Positions 63,558 to 64,000 of a stretch of DNA of 64,000 nucleotides are shown here, in pieces; positions within the stretch are counted from its first letter, which is position 1, and each line of letters opens with the position of its first letter. The notes beneath the pieces are model-generated. The model saw only the letters and a list, made by a program, of their open reading frames with translations. It was not told where the DNA came from and did not search any database. The stretch is from an uncultured Candidatus Rokubacteria bacterium (lineage in GTDB: Bacteria; Methylomirabilota; Methylomirabilia; Rokubacteriales; CSP1-6), in assembly GCA_963758635.1 (NCBI GenBank), contig CAVWWD010000007.1, forward strand, positions 32,001 to 96,000, in the 5' to 3' direction. The position numbers and the translations under genes were made by a program.

Positions 63558-64000
63558 ATGAGCAAGAGGCTCGCAGTGGGCTTGATGGCCGTGGCCGTGC
63601 TATCACTGCTCGCCACGGTGGCCGGAGCCGCAGACCTTGGCCTCATCACGGGCGGAGAGCGGGGCACCTACTACCAGTTCGGCTTGAACCTCCAGCAGCT
63701 GGTGAAGCCGGGCGGCACGAACCTCAGCGTGTATCAATTCGAAGGGCTCCATCGAGAACATCTACGCCGTCTACCAGCGACCCAACACGCAGATGGGCAT
63801 CGTGCAGTCGGACGTCCTCGCCTTCGTGAGCCGGGTCCAGGCGGACCCGGTGCTGACCCGCATCGCGCGGAAGACGCGCATGGTGTTCCCGCTCTACAAC
63901 GAGGAGATCCACGTGCTCGGCCGTCGCGGGATCACCGACTTCGACGATCTGGCGGATCGGCGCGTGGCCATCGGCCGGGAGGGCAGCGGGACCTACCTCA
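63558..64000 (+). CDS. TAXI-family TRAP solute-binding protein; partial, frameshift near 63738
   Basis: TGGERGTYYQFG, GSIENI, GIVQSDV, PLYNEEIHV, VAIGREGSGT. Confidence 0.85.
   Translation, partial: MSKRLAVGLMAVAVLSLLATVAGAADLGLITGGERGTYYQFGLNLQQLVKPGGTNLSVYQFEGLHREHLRRLPATQHADGHRAVGRPRLREPGPGGPGADPHRAEDAHGVPALQRGDPRARPSRDHRLRRSGGSARGHRPGGQRDLP

Noticed and set aside
1..64000. Numerous long Arg/Gly/Pro-rich overlapping or antisense ORFs
   Set aside because: Shadow frames expected at this GC content; they overlap well-supported genes
1..64000. tRNA, rRNA, riboswitch or prophage genes
   Set aside because: None recognised by eye; a covariance-model search would be needed to exclude riboswitches

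Overview
A 64-kb stretch of a very GC-rich (about 70%+ by eye) bacterial chromosome. Diderm-type genes (DUF748/AsmA-like, TAXI) occur alongside a 20S proteasome operon; this suggests a non-actinobacterial lineage such as Rokubacteria/Methylomirabilota (inference only). The left half is accessory and catabolic: SBPs, an amidohydrolase, hydantoinase A/B, a thrC-like/LLM/LLM/Liv-ABC/D-aminoacylase operon interrupted by an intact IS110, and several PIN/antitoxin modules. It also has a domain-permuted propionyl-CoA-synthase-like enzyme and a sigma54-driven peptide/PqqD/HprK-kinase/nucleotidyltransferase cassette. The middle has DUF748, gdh, glgX and glgB. The right half is core: arc-dop-prcB-prcA-pafA (no pup gene visible), yebC-ruvCAB-spoIID-queA-tgt-yajC-secDF-rel. 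About 20 small frameshifting indels, including in ruvA, ruvB, prcA and pafA, look like sequencing or assembly errors. Highlights: (1) an IS110 bridge RNA whose four guide segments can be read directly against its own ends and target site; (2) a cyclase-less RiPP-like kinase/NTase cassette with a candidate precursor; (3) a reductase-hydratase permuted Pcs homolog with ECR CO2-pocket motifs; (4) a Pup-less pupylation/proteasome operon.
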